A stretch of 64,000 nt of DNA from Dehalococcoidia bacterium. Its GTDB lineage: Bacteria; Chloroflexota; Dehalococcoidia; UBA2979. The notes under the pieces were generated by a model. It was given only the letters and a program-made list of their open reading frames with translations. It was not told the origin of the DNA and searched no databases. Numbering within the stretch: the stretch's first letter is position 1; each line of letters opens with the position of its first letter. A program made the translations under genes and the position numbers. Of this stretch, positions 9,706 to 18,538 are shown in pieces. The stretch spans positions 320,001 through 384,000 of the forward strand of contig OZ219871.1 of NCBI GenBank assembly GCA_964291495.2, written 5' to 3'.

Positions 9706-10539
9706 CTAGCGGCCGGGGATGATCAGGCCGCCCGGCGTGGTGGGCGGCTGGCCGGGTGCGGCCTCGCCCTGCATCTCGCGCGCGACGTACTCCTGCGCCT
9801 GCTCGACGTCCATGTAGGGCGAGACGAGGATGCGCTCCCGGACCACCGGCTCGTCGTTGCCCTCGACGATCCGCTTGAGCTGCTCCAGCAGGTCGGGCTC
9901 GTCCCAGGCGCCCGGGAAGCGGCGGCCGTTGACGATCAGCAATGGCAGCTCGGTCACCATCCGCGCCTGCGCCAGGCGCGGGAACTCGGACACCTCGATC
10001 GCCTCGAGGCGGATCCGGCGCCCCTCGACCGCGAAGGCCGAGGCGACGCGCAGCGTGTACGCCGAGTACGGGTCGTAGGGCGCGATCAGCAGCTCGAGCT
10101 TGAGCTCGTCCTCGATCTCGTGCAGCGCCTCGCGGGTCTCGGGCTGGATCGGGGCGACGCCTGCGCCGACGTAGATCAGCGCGTCCATGAAGGCGGAGAA
10201 GAGCAGCCCGGACCAGAGCCCGACCATGCGCACCTCGCGGCCGTTGCGCCCTCGCAGGACCGTCACCGGCGGACGCTCGATGCCGGCCTCGGCGGCGCGG
10301 TCGGCGTGCCTGTCGATGTCGTAGGGGGTGATCGAGATCAGCGGGTGCAGCGCGGCGAGCTGCCGCGCGGCGCTGGCGACCGGCTCGCAGAACATGCAGG
10401 GGTCGCGATCGGTGCGGACGAGCGTGGACTCACGCTGCGTCCAGGTCTCCAGCGCGACAGGTCCCGCGAGGCGTTGCGAGAGGTAGTTCGCGATCGCGGG
10501 CCGTTGTTCGCGCGGAATGACCGGTTCGCTGCTTACCAC
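9706..10539 (-). CDS. two-domain thioredoxin-fold protein (PDO / AhpF-N-like)
   Basis: CMFC in the first domain; second domain has APYDPYS where CPYC is usual; EFPRLA...VTELP. Confidence 0.78.
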   Translation of the reverse strand: MVSSEPVIPREQRPAIANYLSQRLAGPVALETWTQRESTLVRTDRDPCMFCEPVASAARQLAALHPLISITPYDIDRHADRAAEAGIERPPVTVLRGRNGREVRMVGLWSGLLFSAFMDALIYVGAGVAPIQPETREALHEIEDELKLELLIAPYDPYSAYTLRVASAFAVEGRRIRLEAIEVSEFPRLAQARMVTELPLLIVNGRRFPGAWDEPDLLEQLKRIVEGNDEPVVRERILVSPYMDVEQAQEYVAREMQGEAAPGQPPTTPGGLIIPGR

Positions 10540-10540
10540 C

Positions 10541-11152
10541 TCAATCGCCGCCTTCCACAGACTGCCCGCGCCGCAGCGCGCCGATTGCGATCACCAGTCG
10601 TTGCAGCGCCGTCAGCACAGTGGCGACCGCGAGGATCCACAGCGCCAGGCGCAGCCAGCCCGTCATCAACCCCAGCGCCAGCAGCACCACGCGCTCCGGC
10701 CGCGTCGCCAGCCCCTCGGCCACCTCGGAGCCGAGCTCGCCGGCGCGCGTGCGCACGTAGGAGACGAGGAAGGAGCCGGCGAACGCGACGAAGACGAGCG
10801 CCGCCCCCTCGTCGTTGCCGCGCTCGAGCTGGTGCAGCAGCACCCCGAACAGCACGACCGCCTCGGAGGCGCGGTCGAGCGTGGAGTCGAGCAGCGCGCC
10901 GACCGGGCCGGCGCGCCCCGTCGCGCGCGCCAGCGCCCCGTCGAACAGGTCGAGGGCGCCGGCGACCAGCAGCACGATGCCGCCGATCAGCAACTCGCCG
11001 CTCGCGATCAGCGCAGCTGCGGCGACTGCGCCGAGGAAGCCTACGACGGTGATCACGTTCGGCGTGATGCGCAGCGCGATCAGCACGCGCACGATCGGGT
11101 CGAGGATCACGGCCGGAACGCGCGAGGGCAGGAGGCGCGGGATCATCGTCAT
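10541..11152 (-). CDS. pgsA: CDP-alcohol phosphatidyltransferase, PIP-synthase-like
   Basis: ITPNVIT, DLFDGALAR...GALLDSTLDR, VSYVRTRAG, RPER; sits in an operon with ino1 and pimA. Confidence 0.9.
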   Translation of the reverse strand: MTMIPRLLPSRVPAVILDPIVRVLIALRITPNVITVVGFLGAVAAAALIASGELLIGGIVLLVAGALDLFDGALARATGRAGPVGALLDSTLDRASEAVVLFGVLLHQLERGNDEGAALVFVAFAGSFLVSYVRTRAGELGSEVAEGLATRPERVVLLALGLMTGWLRLALWILAVATVLTALQRLVIAIGALRRGQSVEGGD

Positions 11153-11197
11153 CGCCGCGCGCTCCTTGCCGGCATCGCGGTCACTGCGGACCGGCGC

Positions 11198-12373
11198 CTA
11201 GTCGAAACGCCGCGCGGCGGCCTGCACCGCGCGGTTGTGGGTGGCGCGATCGTAACGCAGTCGCTCGTAGTAGGAGAGCACCCGGCGCGTCACGCGCGGC
11301 CAGGAGTAGGTCTCGACGCGCTGGCGGCCGGCCCGCACCAGCTCCTCGCGCAGCTCGCGGTCGCGCACCAGCCTCGTCAGCGCGTCCGCGAGCGCCATCG
11401 GATCCTTCGGCCGCACGAGCAGGCCCTCGACCTCGTCCGTGACGACCGAGGCGTAGCCGTCGATGTTCGAGGCGACGACCGGCACGCCCGAGGAGAGCGC
11501 CTCCAGCAGCACGTAGCCCTGCGACTCGTGGCCCGTCGCCGGCGAGCAGAAGACGTGGGCGCTGCGGTAGTAGCGCGGCAGATCCTCGTCGGACACGTCG
11601 TCGACGAAGAGGATGCCGCGGCGGCCCGTTCGCTCCATCGAGGCGCGGTAGCGGCGCTTCCCTCGCGAGTCCGGCCCGACGACGATGAGGCGGGTGGCCG
11701 GGTCGCGCGCGTTGACGATGCCGAAGGCGCGCAGCAGGTGCGCGAGTCCCTTGCGCTTCTCGGCGCGGCCGACGTAGAGGATGTTGACCAGTCCGTCGTC
11801 GAGGCCGGGCATCGGCTCCAGCGTGGGATCGGCGAAGCGGCCCACCTCGATGCCGTTGGGGATGACGTTGTAGAAGCCGGGGAAGTAGCGCCCCACGTAG
11901 CGCCCGGCGGGCGGCGAGACGGTGATCTTGCCGTCCAGCTCGCGGAACCAGCGCTTGAGCAGCCGCCGCCCGTAGGAGTAGAGGCGATTGCCGCCGTCCT
12001 TCGTCGCGTGGAAGGTGCCGACGTTGACGACGTCCGGGTTCGCCGCACGCGAGTTGCGCAGCACCTGGATCGGCAGCGTCGGCATCAGCGGCTCGTGCAC
12101 GTGGACCACGTCGCACGCCTCTTCCTCGAGGACGCCGCGCACGCGCCGCCCCAGCCGGGGCGAGAGCGCGATGCGCGCCATCGAGCCCGAGGCGGGCACG
12201 GGCGTTGGCCGGCCGATCACGCGCACGCGCGGGTCGTCCACCTCGTCGCTGGCCGGGGCGAGGATGATCGGCTCGTGGCCGTAGTCCTCGAAGCGCGCCG
12301 AGAGCTGCTCGATGTGCTTGTTGACGCCGCCGGGGGTGACCCAGTCGTAGGGGGAGACGAGCGCTATCTTCAT
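11198..12373 (-). CDS. pimA: GT4 glycosyltransferase, phosphatidyl-myo-inositol mannosyltransferase-like
   Basis: MKIALVSPYDWVTPGGV, VHVHEP, TFH, IPNG, GRAEKRKG, GHESQGYVLLEA; ATG 12373. Confidence 0.85.
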   Translation of the reverse strand: MKIALVSPYDWVTPGGVNKHIEQLSARFEDYGHEPIILAPASDEVDDPRVRVIGRPTPVPASGSMARIALSPRLGRRVRGVLEEEACDVVHVHEPLMPTLPIQVLRNSRAANPDVVNVGTFHATKDGGNRLYSYGRRLLKRWFRELDGKITVSPPAGRYVGRYFPGFYNVIPNGIEVGRFADPTLEPMPGLDDGLVNILYVGRAEKRKGLAHLLRAFGIVNARDPATRLIVVGPDSRGKRRYRASMERTGRRGILFVDDVSDEDLPRYYRSAHVFCSPATGHESQGYVLLEALSSGVPVVASNIDGYASVVTDEVEGLLVRPKDPMALADALTRLVRDRELREELVRAGRQRVETYSWPRVTRRVLSYYERLRYDRATHNRAVQAAARRFD

Positions 12374-13149
12374 CGCCGCGCCACCTCCCGCAGCCGGCGC
12401 CAGCGCTCGCCGACGACCTTGCGTGGCGTGACCGCGAGCCCGCGCACCTGCTGCTCCGCCAATCGCCGCACGCCGAGCGCGCGCAGTCCCGGCGCGCCGT
12501 GGGTGACCCCGGAGCAGCGCCGCTGCTCGATCGCGCGCCGCAGGTCCGTGGCCGTCCGGCCCTCGAACTGAGTCGTCGCGCTGCCGACGTGCTCCAGGAA
12601 GTGTGCGTCGCTGCCGCCGGTCTCGGCGAGGCCGTAGCGCTCGGCGTTGAGCCGCCGCGCCTTCGCGCCCGTCACGCGACCGGCGAGGGTCGGATTCGCG
12701 ACCTCGATGCCGTCCGGGTGAACGGCGGGGTCCTCGATGGCGAGCACCCGCTCCAGCGCGCGCTGCCCGATCGAGCGCGTCAGCCACGAGAACGGGTGCG
12801 GCGCGACGGCCAGCCCGCCCGCGCGATGCACCGCGGCCACGGACTCCTCGAGCGGCCGCAGCGTCGGCAGCGGCTCGTCGATCCAGAGCGCGAGCAGGTG
12901 GCCGGAGCGGGTGGTCAGCTCGATGCCCGGCACGAACTCGAAGCGGTAGTTGCCCTGCGCGTGCAGCTCGCGCGCGAGCAGCGCGCCCTCGACATCGTCG
13001 TGGTCCGTGACCGCGAGGACGTCGAGATCGGTGTACTGCTCGACGTGGTCGAGCAGCGCGCGCGCATCCGCCATGCCGTCGCCGTGCGCCGTGTGGATCT
13101 GGAGATCGGCCTGGCCGAAGCGGGTGACCGAGGGGGTGTCGTCGGTCAT
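12370..13149 (-). CDS. PHP-family metal-dependent phosphoesterase
   Basis: DLQIHT, AVTDHD, GIELTT..GHL, APHPF, GGSDAH; ATG 13149; stop overlaps the pimA start. Confidence 0.88.
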   Translation of the reverse strand: MTDDTPSVTRFGQADLQIHTAHGDGMADARALLDHVEQYTDLDVLAVTDHDDVEGALLARELHAQGNYRFEFVPGIELTTRSGHLLALWIDEPLPTLRPLEESVAAVHRAGGLAVAPHPFSWLTRSIGQRALERVLAIEDPAVHPDGIEVANPTLAGRVTGAKARRLNAERYGLAETGGSDAHFLEHVGSATTQFEGRTATDLRRAIEQRRCSGVTHGAPGLRALGVRRLAEQQVRGLAVTPRKVVGERWRRLREVARR

Positions 13150-13178
13150 GGCGGCATTGTACGCAGATCGCGCGGCGC

Positions 13179-14072
13179 CTACGAGGAGGAGCCCGCGTCC
13201 GGTTCGGACTCGTCCCAGACCGGGTGCAGGGCGAACCACTGGTCCGGCGACTCCCGGATGCCCCGCTCCAGCGCGCGCAGCATCAGGTCCATGCCCGCGG
13301 CCGCGTCCGCCTCGCGGTCCCCGCTGCGCGGCAGCGTGAGCGGCGGATCGATGCTGATGTGCACGCCTCCCCGCTCCGTGTTGCGCACGAAGCCGACGAC
13401 GACCTCGGCGTTGGCGCGCAGCGCCAGCTCGATCGGACCTCGGGGCAGGCGCGCCGGCTCGCCGAAGAACGGCTGAGGCTGACCGCTGCCGAGCACGTCG
13501 CGATCCGCGAGGATGGCGACGGCGCCGCCACGGCGCAGTTGCTCGATCGTCGCGCGCACGCCGCGCATGTCCGCCGGCACGAAGTGCACGCCGGGCGCGG
13601 CTCGCACCTCGTGCACGAGGCGGTGCAGCGCGGGCGGCGAGAGCGGCTCCGTCAGCACCACCACGTCCACGCCCATCGCCCCGACGGTGCGGATCATGTG
13701 CTCCGGGCTGCCGAGGTGCGCGGAGACGAAGACGACCCCGCAGCCGCGGTCGTGCGCGGTGAAGAAGTGCTCGACGCCGTCGATCGCCTCCACACGGTCG
13801 ACCGCGCGCTCCGGCGGGCGGTGCGCCGCCCAGGCGAGGTCGGCCCAGTAGCGGTAGGCGTTGCGCAGGCAGCCGCGGGCGGCGCGGTCGCGCTCGCGCT
13901 CCGTCGCCTCCGGCGCGCAGGCGCGGCGCATGTGCGCCCTCGTGACGGCTCGCAGGCGCGGCGAGGCGTACCAGGCGAGGCCCGCGCCGAGGTCCGCGAT
14001 GAGGTGGAGCGCACGCCGCGGCAGCCGTCCGAAGAGACGCACCCAGCACCAGAGCAGGATGAAGCCAGGCAC
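13179..14072 (-). CDS. LpxL/PatA-like lysophospholipid acyltransferase
   Basis: SAHLGSPE (HxxxxE), ILADR, FFGEPARLPRGP, IRESPDQW. Confidence 0.85.
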   Translation of the reverse strand: MPGFILLWCWVRLFGRLPRRALHLIADLGAGLAWYASPRLRAVTRAHMRRACAPEATERERDRAARGCLRNAYRYWADLAWAAHRPPERAVDRVEAIDGVEHFFTAHDRGCGVVFVSAHLGSPEHMIRTVGAMGVDVVVLTEPLSPPALHRLVHEVRAAPGVHFVPADMRGVRATIEQLRRGGAVAILADRDVLGSGQPQPFFGEPARLPRGPIELALRANAEVVVGFVRNTERGGVHISIDPPLTLPRSGDREADAAAGMDLMLRALERGIRESPDQWFALHPVWDESEPDAGSSS

Positions 14073-14075
14073 GGG

Positions 14076-14954
14076 CTAGCTCGCCGCCTCCGCCGCTGCG
14101 TCCTCCGGCCAGAGCGAGCGGAAGATGTACCACTGGTCGGGCCGCGCGCGCACCATCTCCTCGAAGACGCGGAACATCGCCTGGGTCAGCGAGCGCACGT
14201 CATGCTCGCGATCGCCGGTGCGCTCGCACTCGATGAGCTGGAAGTCGCCCGTGAACTCGTCGCTCCACGGCCCCAGGCGCGGCACGGTCGCGGCAACAAC
14301 GCTGGCTCCGGTGCGCAGCGCGAGGCGCGCCGCGCCGTCCGGCACCGCGATCGTCCCGCCGAAGAACTCGACCTCGACGCCGCCCTCGGGCTGCGGCACG
14401 TCGGCGAGCACGCCGACGATCTCGTTGTGCCGCAGCGCGCGCACCAGGCGCAGGCTGAGGTGTCCGGCGGGCAGGATCCGCAGCCCGATGCGCCGCCGCG
14501 AGGAGAACACCAGCTCATCGAGCCGCGCCTCGGCGAACGTGTCGGCGATGACCGAGACCGGGTAGCCGCGTTCGGTCATCGCGGCCGCGCCGAGGTCCCA
14601 GTTGCCGAAATGGATGGTGACGAAGAGCACGCCGTTGCCCGCGCGCGCCTCGTCGAGTTGCTGCCACTCGTCGAAGATGACGCGCCGCCGCACCTCAGGG
14701 ACGGAGACGTCCGTGAGGCGCAGGAAGTCGACGATGTACAGGCCGTAGTAGCCGAAGGAGCGGCGCGCCAGCCGTCTCGCGGCCGACTCGTCGCCGCCCG
14801 CGACGCGGCGCATGTTGGCGATGCAGCGCCGCCGGCCGCCGCGCCAGAGGTAGTAGACGCACAGCCCGCCGAGGCGGCCCGCGGCGTAGGAGACTCGCAG
14901 CGGCGCCGCGCGCGCGACCCAGGCGGCGATCCGGAACGCCAGGTAGATAGCCAT
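14076..14954 (-). CDS. LpxL/PatA-like lysophospholipid acyltransferase
   Basis: TIHFGNWD (HxxxxD), VEFFG...PDGAARLA, VRARPDQW. Confidence 0.88.
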   Translation of the reverse strand: MAIYLAFRIAAWVARAAPLRVSYAAGRLGGLCVYYLWRGGRRRCIANMRRVAGGDESAARRLARRSFGYYGLYIVDFLRLTDVSVPEVRRRVIFDEWQQLDEARAGNGVLFVTIHFGNWDLGAAAMTERGYPVSVIADTFAEARLDELVFSSRRRIGLRILPAGHLSLRLVRALRHNEIVGVLADVPQPEGGVEVEFFGGTIAVPDGAARLALRTGASVVAATVPRLGPWSDEFTGDFQLIECERTGDREHDVRSLTQAMFRVFEEMVRARPDQWYIFRSLWPEDAAAEAAS

Positions 14955-14999
14955 CGGCGCGCAGTCTACGCCGCAGGCCGCGCGCCGGGGCGCTCCTGC

Positions 15000-16091
15000 C
15001 TAGCCCGCCGGCGCCTCGGCCTCCTCGGCGATGAACGCCTCGAGGCGCTCGCGCGCGACGTGGTCGACCCACTGCTCGGGCGGCGACTTCATGAAGTAGG
15101 CCGAGGGGGCCAGCAGCGGACCGCCGATGCCGCGGTCGAGCGCGATCTTCGCGCAGCGGATGGCGTCGATCACGACGCCCGCGGAGTTGGGGCTGTCCCA
15201 GACCTCGAGCTTGCACTCCAGGTTGAGCGGCACGTTGCCGAACGTGGTGCCCTCCATGCGGATGTGGCACCACTTGCGGTCGTCCAGCCATGGCACGTGG
15301 TCGGAGGGCCCGACATGCACGTCGGCGCCCGGCAGCTCGTAATCGATCTGCGAGGTGACGGCGTTGGTCTTCGAGATCTTCTTGGACTCCAGCCGCTCGC
15401 GTTCGAGCATGTTGAGGAAGTCCGTGTTGCCGCCGAAGTTGAGCTGGTAGGTGCGGTCGACGCGCACCCCGCGGTCGAGGAACAGCCGCGCCAGCAGACG
15501 GTGCAGGATCGTCGCGCCGACCTGCGACTTGATGTCGTCACCGATCACGGGCAGGCCCGCGTCGATGAAGCGCTGCTGGAAGTGCCCCTCCTTCGCGATG
15601 AAGACAGGGATGCAGTTGATGAAGGCGCAGCCCGCCGCCAGCACCTGCTCCACGTACCACTTCGTCGCCTCCTCGGAGCCGACCGGGAGGTAGTTGACGA
15701 CGACGTGGGTGTTGGTCGCGCGCAGGATGCCGGCGATGTCGGCGGTCGCGCCCGGCGCCTTGTCGATCACCTCGGAGAGGTACTTGCCGAGGCCGTCGTG
15801 CGTCATGCCGCGGTCCACCGTCACGCCCGAGGCGGGCACGTCGGCGAAGCGGAAGGTGTTGTTCGGGGGCGCGTAGATCGCGTCGGAGAGATCCTGCCCG
15901 ACCTTGTTTGCGTCGATGTCGAAGGCGGCGCTGAAGCGGATGTCGCGGATGTGGTAGTCGCCGAGCTGCGGATGCATCAGCCCCGGGATCGTCTCGTCCT
16001 CGCTCGCGTCGCGGTAGAACTCGATGCCCTGCACCAGCGAGGAAGCGCAGTTCCCCACACCGATGATCGCAACGTTGATCGGCTCGCCCAT
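15000..16091 (-). CDS. ino1: myo-inositol-1(3)-phosphate synthase
   Basis: [52 protein letters not shown]; ATG 16091. Confidence 0.96.
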   Translation of the reverse strand: MGEPINVAIIGVGNCASSLVQGIEFYRDASEDETIPGLMHPQLGDYHIRDIRFSAAFDIDANKVGQDLSDAIYAPPNNTFRFADVPASGVTVDRGMTHDGLGKYLSEVIDKAPGATADIAGILRATNTHVVVNYLPVGSEEATKWYVEQVLAAGCAFINCIPVFIAKEGHFQQRFIDAGLPVIGDDIKSQVGATILHRLLARLFLDRGVRVDRTYQLNFGGNTDFLNMLERERLESKKISKTNAVTSQIDYELPGADVHVGPSDHVPWLDDRKWCHIRMEGTTFGNVPLNLECKLEVWDSPNSAGVVIDAIRCAKIALDRGIGGPLLAPSAYFMKSPPEQWVDHVARERLEAFIAEEAEAPAG

Positions 16092-16197
16092 CGCACACCC
16101 TCCGTTCGCCCCGGCCCGCGCGGGAGCGCGTCCGGCCTTCCGGACTACGATAGGAGCGTCGATCCCATTACTCCAATACGACTCAATGACAAGACAC

Positions 16198-16212
16198 ATA
16201 AGCACTACTTAT
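16198..16212. promoter_or_regulatory. LysR recognition box
   Basis: ATAAG-cacta-CTTAT (T-N11-A dyad) in the AT-rich ino1/lysR divergent spacer, next to TATACT at 16214-16219. Confidence 0.75.
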
Positions 16213-16225
16213 CTATACTGCCCCC

Positions 16226-17158
16226 ATGACCAGCCTCCCCGCCTCCCCTGGCATCGAGTCGATCGAGGCGGCCGACGCCGTCGAGGCCGCGCCGCTCAAC
16301 CTGCACATGCAGCAACTCGCCTACCTCCAGGCGGTCGAGCGCTGGGGCTCGCTGACCGTGGCGGCGCGGCGCCTTGGCGTCACCCAGCCGGCGCTCTCGC
16401 AGGCGATCGCACAGCTGGAGCGGCGGCTCGGCACGCCCCTGCTGGAGCGAGCCGGGCGCGGGCGGCGGCTGACCGAGGCGGGGATCGAGGTCGCCCGCTT
16501 CGCCTCGGAGGTGCTGGGCCGCGCCACGGAACTGCGCGAGTGGCTGCAGGAGTACGAGGCCGGCGCCGGCGGCGTGCTGCGCGTTGGGATGATCGATGCG
16601 GCAAGCCTCTACGTCCTGCCGGAGACGGTGCGCGCCTTCCGCGCCGCCAGCCCCGGCGTCGAGGTGCGTCTCACCGTGGACCGCAGCGCGGTGCTGCTCG
16701 AACGGCTCGCGCGCTTCGAGCTGGACGTCGCCTTCGTCGTCGGGCCACCGCCCGAGGGCTACCGCTCCACCGAGGTGCTGAGCGAGCCGCTCTACGTCTA
16801 CCAGCCGCCGGGCTCCGGGGAGGGGGCGGAGCAGGGCGACTGGGCGCTCTACCCACAGGGCCGGCGGACACGGCTGCTGATCGACGAGGGCCTGGCGCTG
16901 CGCGGCCTCCGCCCGCGCGTGACGCTGGAAAGCGACAACCCGGCCGTGCTCCGGCAGATGGTGGTGCTCGGTCTCTGCTGGAGCGTGCTGCCCGCCGAGA
17001 TCGCCGAGGCGGGGACGCCCTCGCTGCGGCCGCAGCGGCGCGAGCTCGTCGCCGAGCGCACGTTGCTCGCGGTCCGTCGCGCGCAGGCGCCGGACGACGC
17101 CCGCGTCGCGTCCTTCCTGCGGCTCGTCGCCGAGCGCGGCGCGGCGCCGGCGGTGTAG
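16226..17158 (+). CDS. LysR-family transcriptional regulator
   Basis: GSLTVAARRLGVTQPALSQAIAQLE HTH, LTEAG, substrate-binding domain. Confidence 0.93.
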   Translation: MTSLPASPGIESIEAADAVEAAPLNLHMQQLAYLQAVERWGSLTVAARRLGVTQPALSQAIAQLERRLGTPLLERAGRGRRLTEAGIEVARFASEVLGRATELREWLQEYEAGAGGVLRVGMIDAASLYVLPETVRAFRAASPGVEVRLTVDRSAVLLERLARFELDVAFVVGPPPEGYRSTEVLSEPLYVYQPPGSGEGAEQGDWALYPQGRRTRLLIDEGLALRGLRPRVTLESDNPAVLRQMVVLGLCWSVLPAEIAEAGTPSLRPQRRELVAERTLLAVRRAQAPDDARVASFLRLVAERGAAPAV

Positions 17159-17168
17159 CGCCGCGAGG

Positions 17169-18101
17169 CTACTCGGCGAAGACGCGGTACGGGTGCCAGA
17201 CGCCGGGGATCGGGCCACACTCGAGCAGCGCAACGAGCCTGCCATGCCACCCGTAGCCACGCGCCTTCACGCCGACGCGCGCCGGGGGCCGCCCGTCGAT
17301 CGGCCGGGGCCGCACGTCGCGGCCCTGCCGCGCGAGCGCGATCGAGCGCTTCCCGAGGACCACGGCCGGCCAGTCATGCAGCACCGCGTCCGGGGCGTGC
17401 ACCAGCTCGTCGCTCAGCCCTCCCTCGAGCATCAGCACCGCGTCGTCGAGCGTGACCGCATCATCGAGCCGGAACGGCCCGACGGCTGTGCGGCTGAGGC
17501 TGGCGAGGTGCCCGCCCACGCCGAGCGCCTCGCCGAGGTCGTGCGCGAGCGAGCGCATGTAGAAGCCCTTGCTGCACTCGACCTCGATCTCCAGCTCGGG
17601 CGGCTCGCACACGCCAAGCGTGAGCTCGTAGACCATGACCGCTCGGGGCTCGAGTTGCGGCTGCTCGCCGCGCCGGGCCGCGCGCCAGGCGCGTTCGCCC
17701 TCGATCTTGACCGCGCTGAAGGCGGGGGGCGTCTGCATCAGCTCGCCGCGGAACGCCTCGAGGGCGTCCTCGACCTCGGCGCGCGTCACGCCGGAGGCGT
17801 CGCAGCTGGCCTGCACCTCGCCGGCGGCGTCGTAGGTGTCGGTCTCGACACCGAGCGTGACCATCGCGCGGTAGCGCTTGCGCGCGTCCATCAAAGAGTC
17901 GATCAACCGCGTCGAGGGCCCGAGGGCGATCGGCAGCACGCCGGTCGCGGGCCGGTCGAGCGTGCCCGCGTGGCCGACGCGGCGGATGCCGGCGGCGCGC
18001 CGCACCACGCGCACCACGTCGAACGAGGTCATGTCCGGCGGCTTGTCGATGTTGAGGAAGCCGCTCAGCGCCGGGGCCTCCGCGCGGGCGGCGGCGCTCA
18101 C
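17169..18101 (-). CDS. truB: tRNA pseudouridine-55 synthase
   Basis: IDKP..MTSFD, GHAGTLD..ATGVL, QTPPAFSAVK, CSKGFYMRSL. Confidence 0.96.
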   Translation of the reverse strand: MSAAARAEAPALSGFLNIDKPPDMTSFDVVRVVRRAAGIRRVGHAGTLDRPATGVLPIALGPSTRLIDSLMDARKRYRAMVTLGVETDTYDAAGEVQASCDASGVTRAEVEDALEAFRGELMQTPPAFSAVKIEGERAWRAARRGEQPQLEPRAVMVYELTLGVCEPPELEIEVECSKGFYMRSLAHDLGEALGVGGHLASLSRTAVGPFRLDDAVTLDDAVLMLEGGLSDELVHAPDAVLHDWPAVVLGKRSIALARQGRDVRPRPIDGRPPARVGVKARGYGWHGRLVALLECGPIPGVWHPYRVFAE

Positions 18102-18460
18102 AGCTCGCGGCCCTCGGAGCGTGCGAGGTCGCGCATCAGCACGGTCATGCGATCGGCCTCGGCGATCGACTCGTCGAGCACGAAGCGCAGCCGCGGGACG
18201 CGCTTCATGCGGATCCGCTTCACCAGCTCGCGGTGCAGGAAGGGGGCGCTGCGTTCGAGCGCGACGAGCACCTCGTCGGCGCCGCCGGCGGGGTCCATCA
18301 CGCTCACGTGCACGCGCGCAGCCGCGAGGTCCGGCGTGACCTCGACGCGCGTGATCGAGAGGAAGGCCTCGGCCAGCACCGGGTCCTTGACGCGGCGCTG
18401 CAGCAGCTCGGCCACCTCCGACTGCACGAGGTCGTTGACCTTCTCTATGCGACGGCTCAT
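18098..18460 (-). CDS. rbfA: ribosome-binding factor A
   Basis: MSRRIEKV, VTPDLAAARV, KRVPRLRFVLD; ATG 18460. Confidence 0.94.
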   Translation of the reverse strand: MSRRIEKVNDLVQSEVAELLQRRVKDPVLAEAFLSITRVEVTPDLAAARVHVSVMDPAGGADEVLVALERSAPFLHRELVKRIRMKRVPRLRFVLDESIAEADRMTVLMRDLARSEGREL

Positions 18461-18538
18461 CGCGGCGCGGTCCTCACAGGCCATTCCGATCGCGGGGAGT
18501 GCTCGGGCGTGCGCCCGGGTGCTGCCATGCAAGCGACG

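Noticed and set aside
13179-14954. Acyltransferases as evidence of lipid A biosynthesis
   Set aside because: No lpx genes in the window; the ino1/pgsA/pimA context points to a PatA-like role.
13224-16229. 1001-aa antisense ORF and similar shadows (2491-4530, 10517-12571, 38896-41190, 50542-53289)
   Set aside because: Mirror frames of real genes with no recognisable motifs; explained by stop-codon scarcity in GC-rich DNA.
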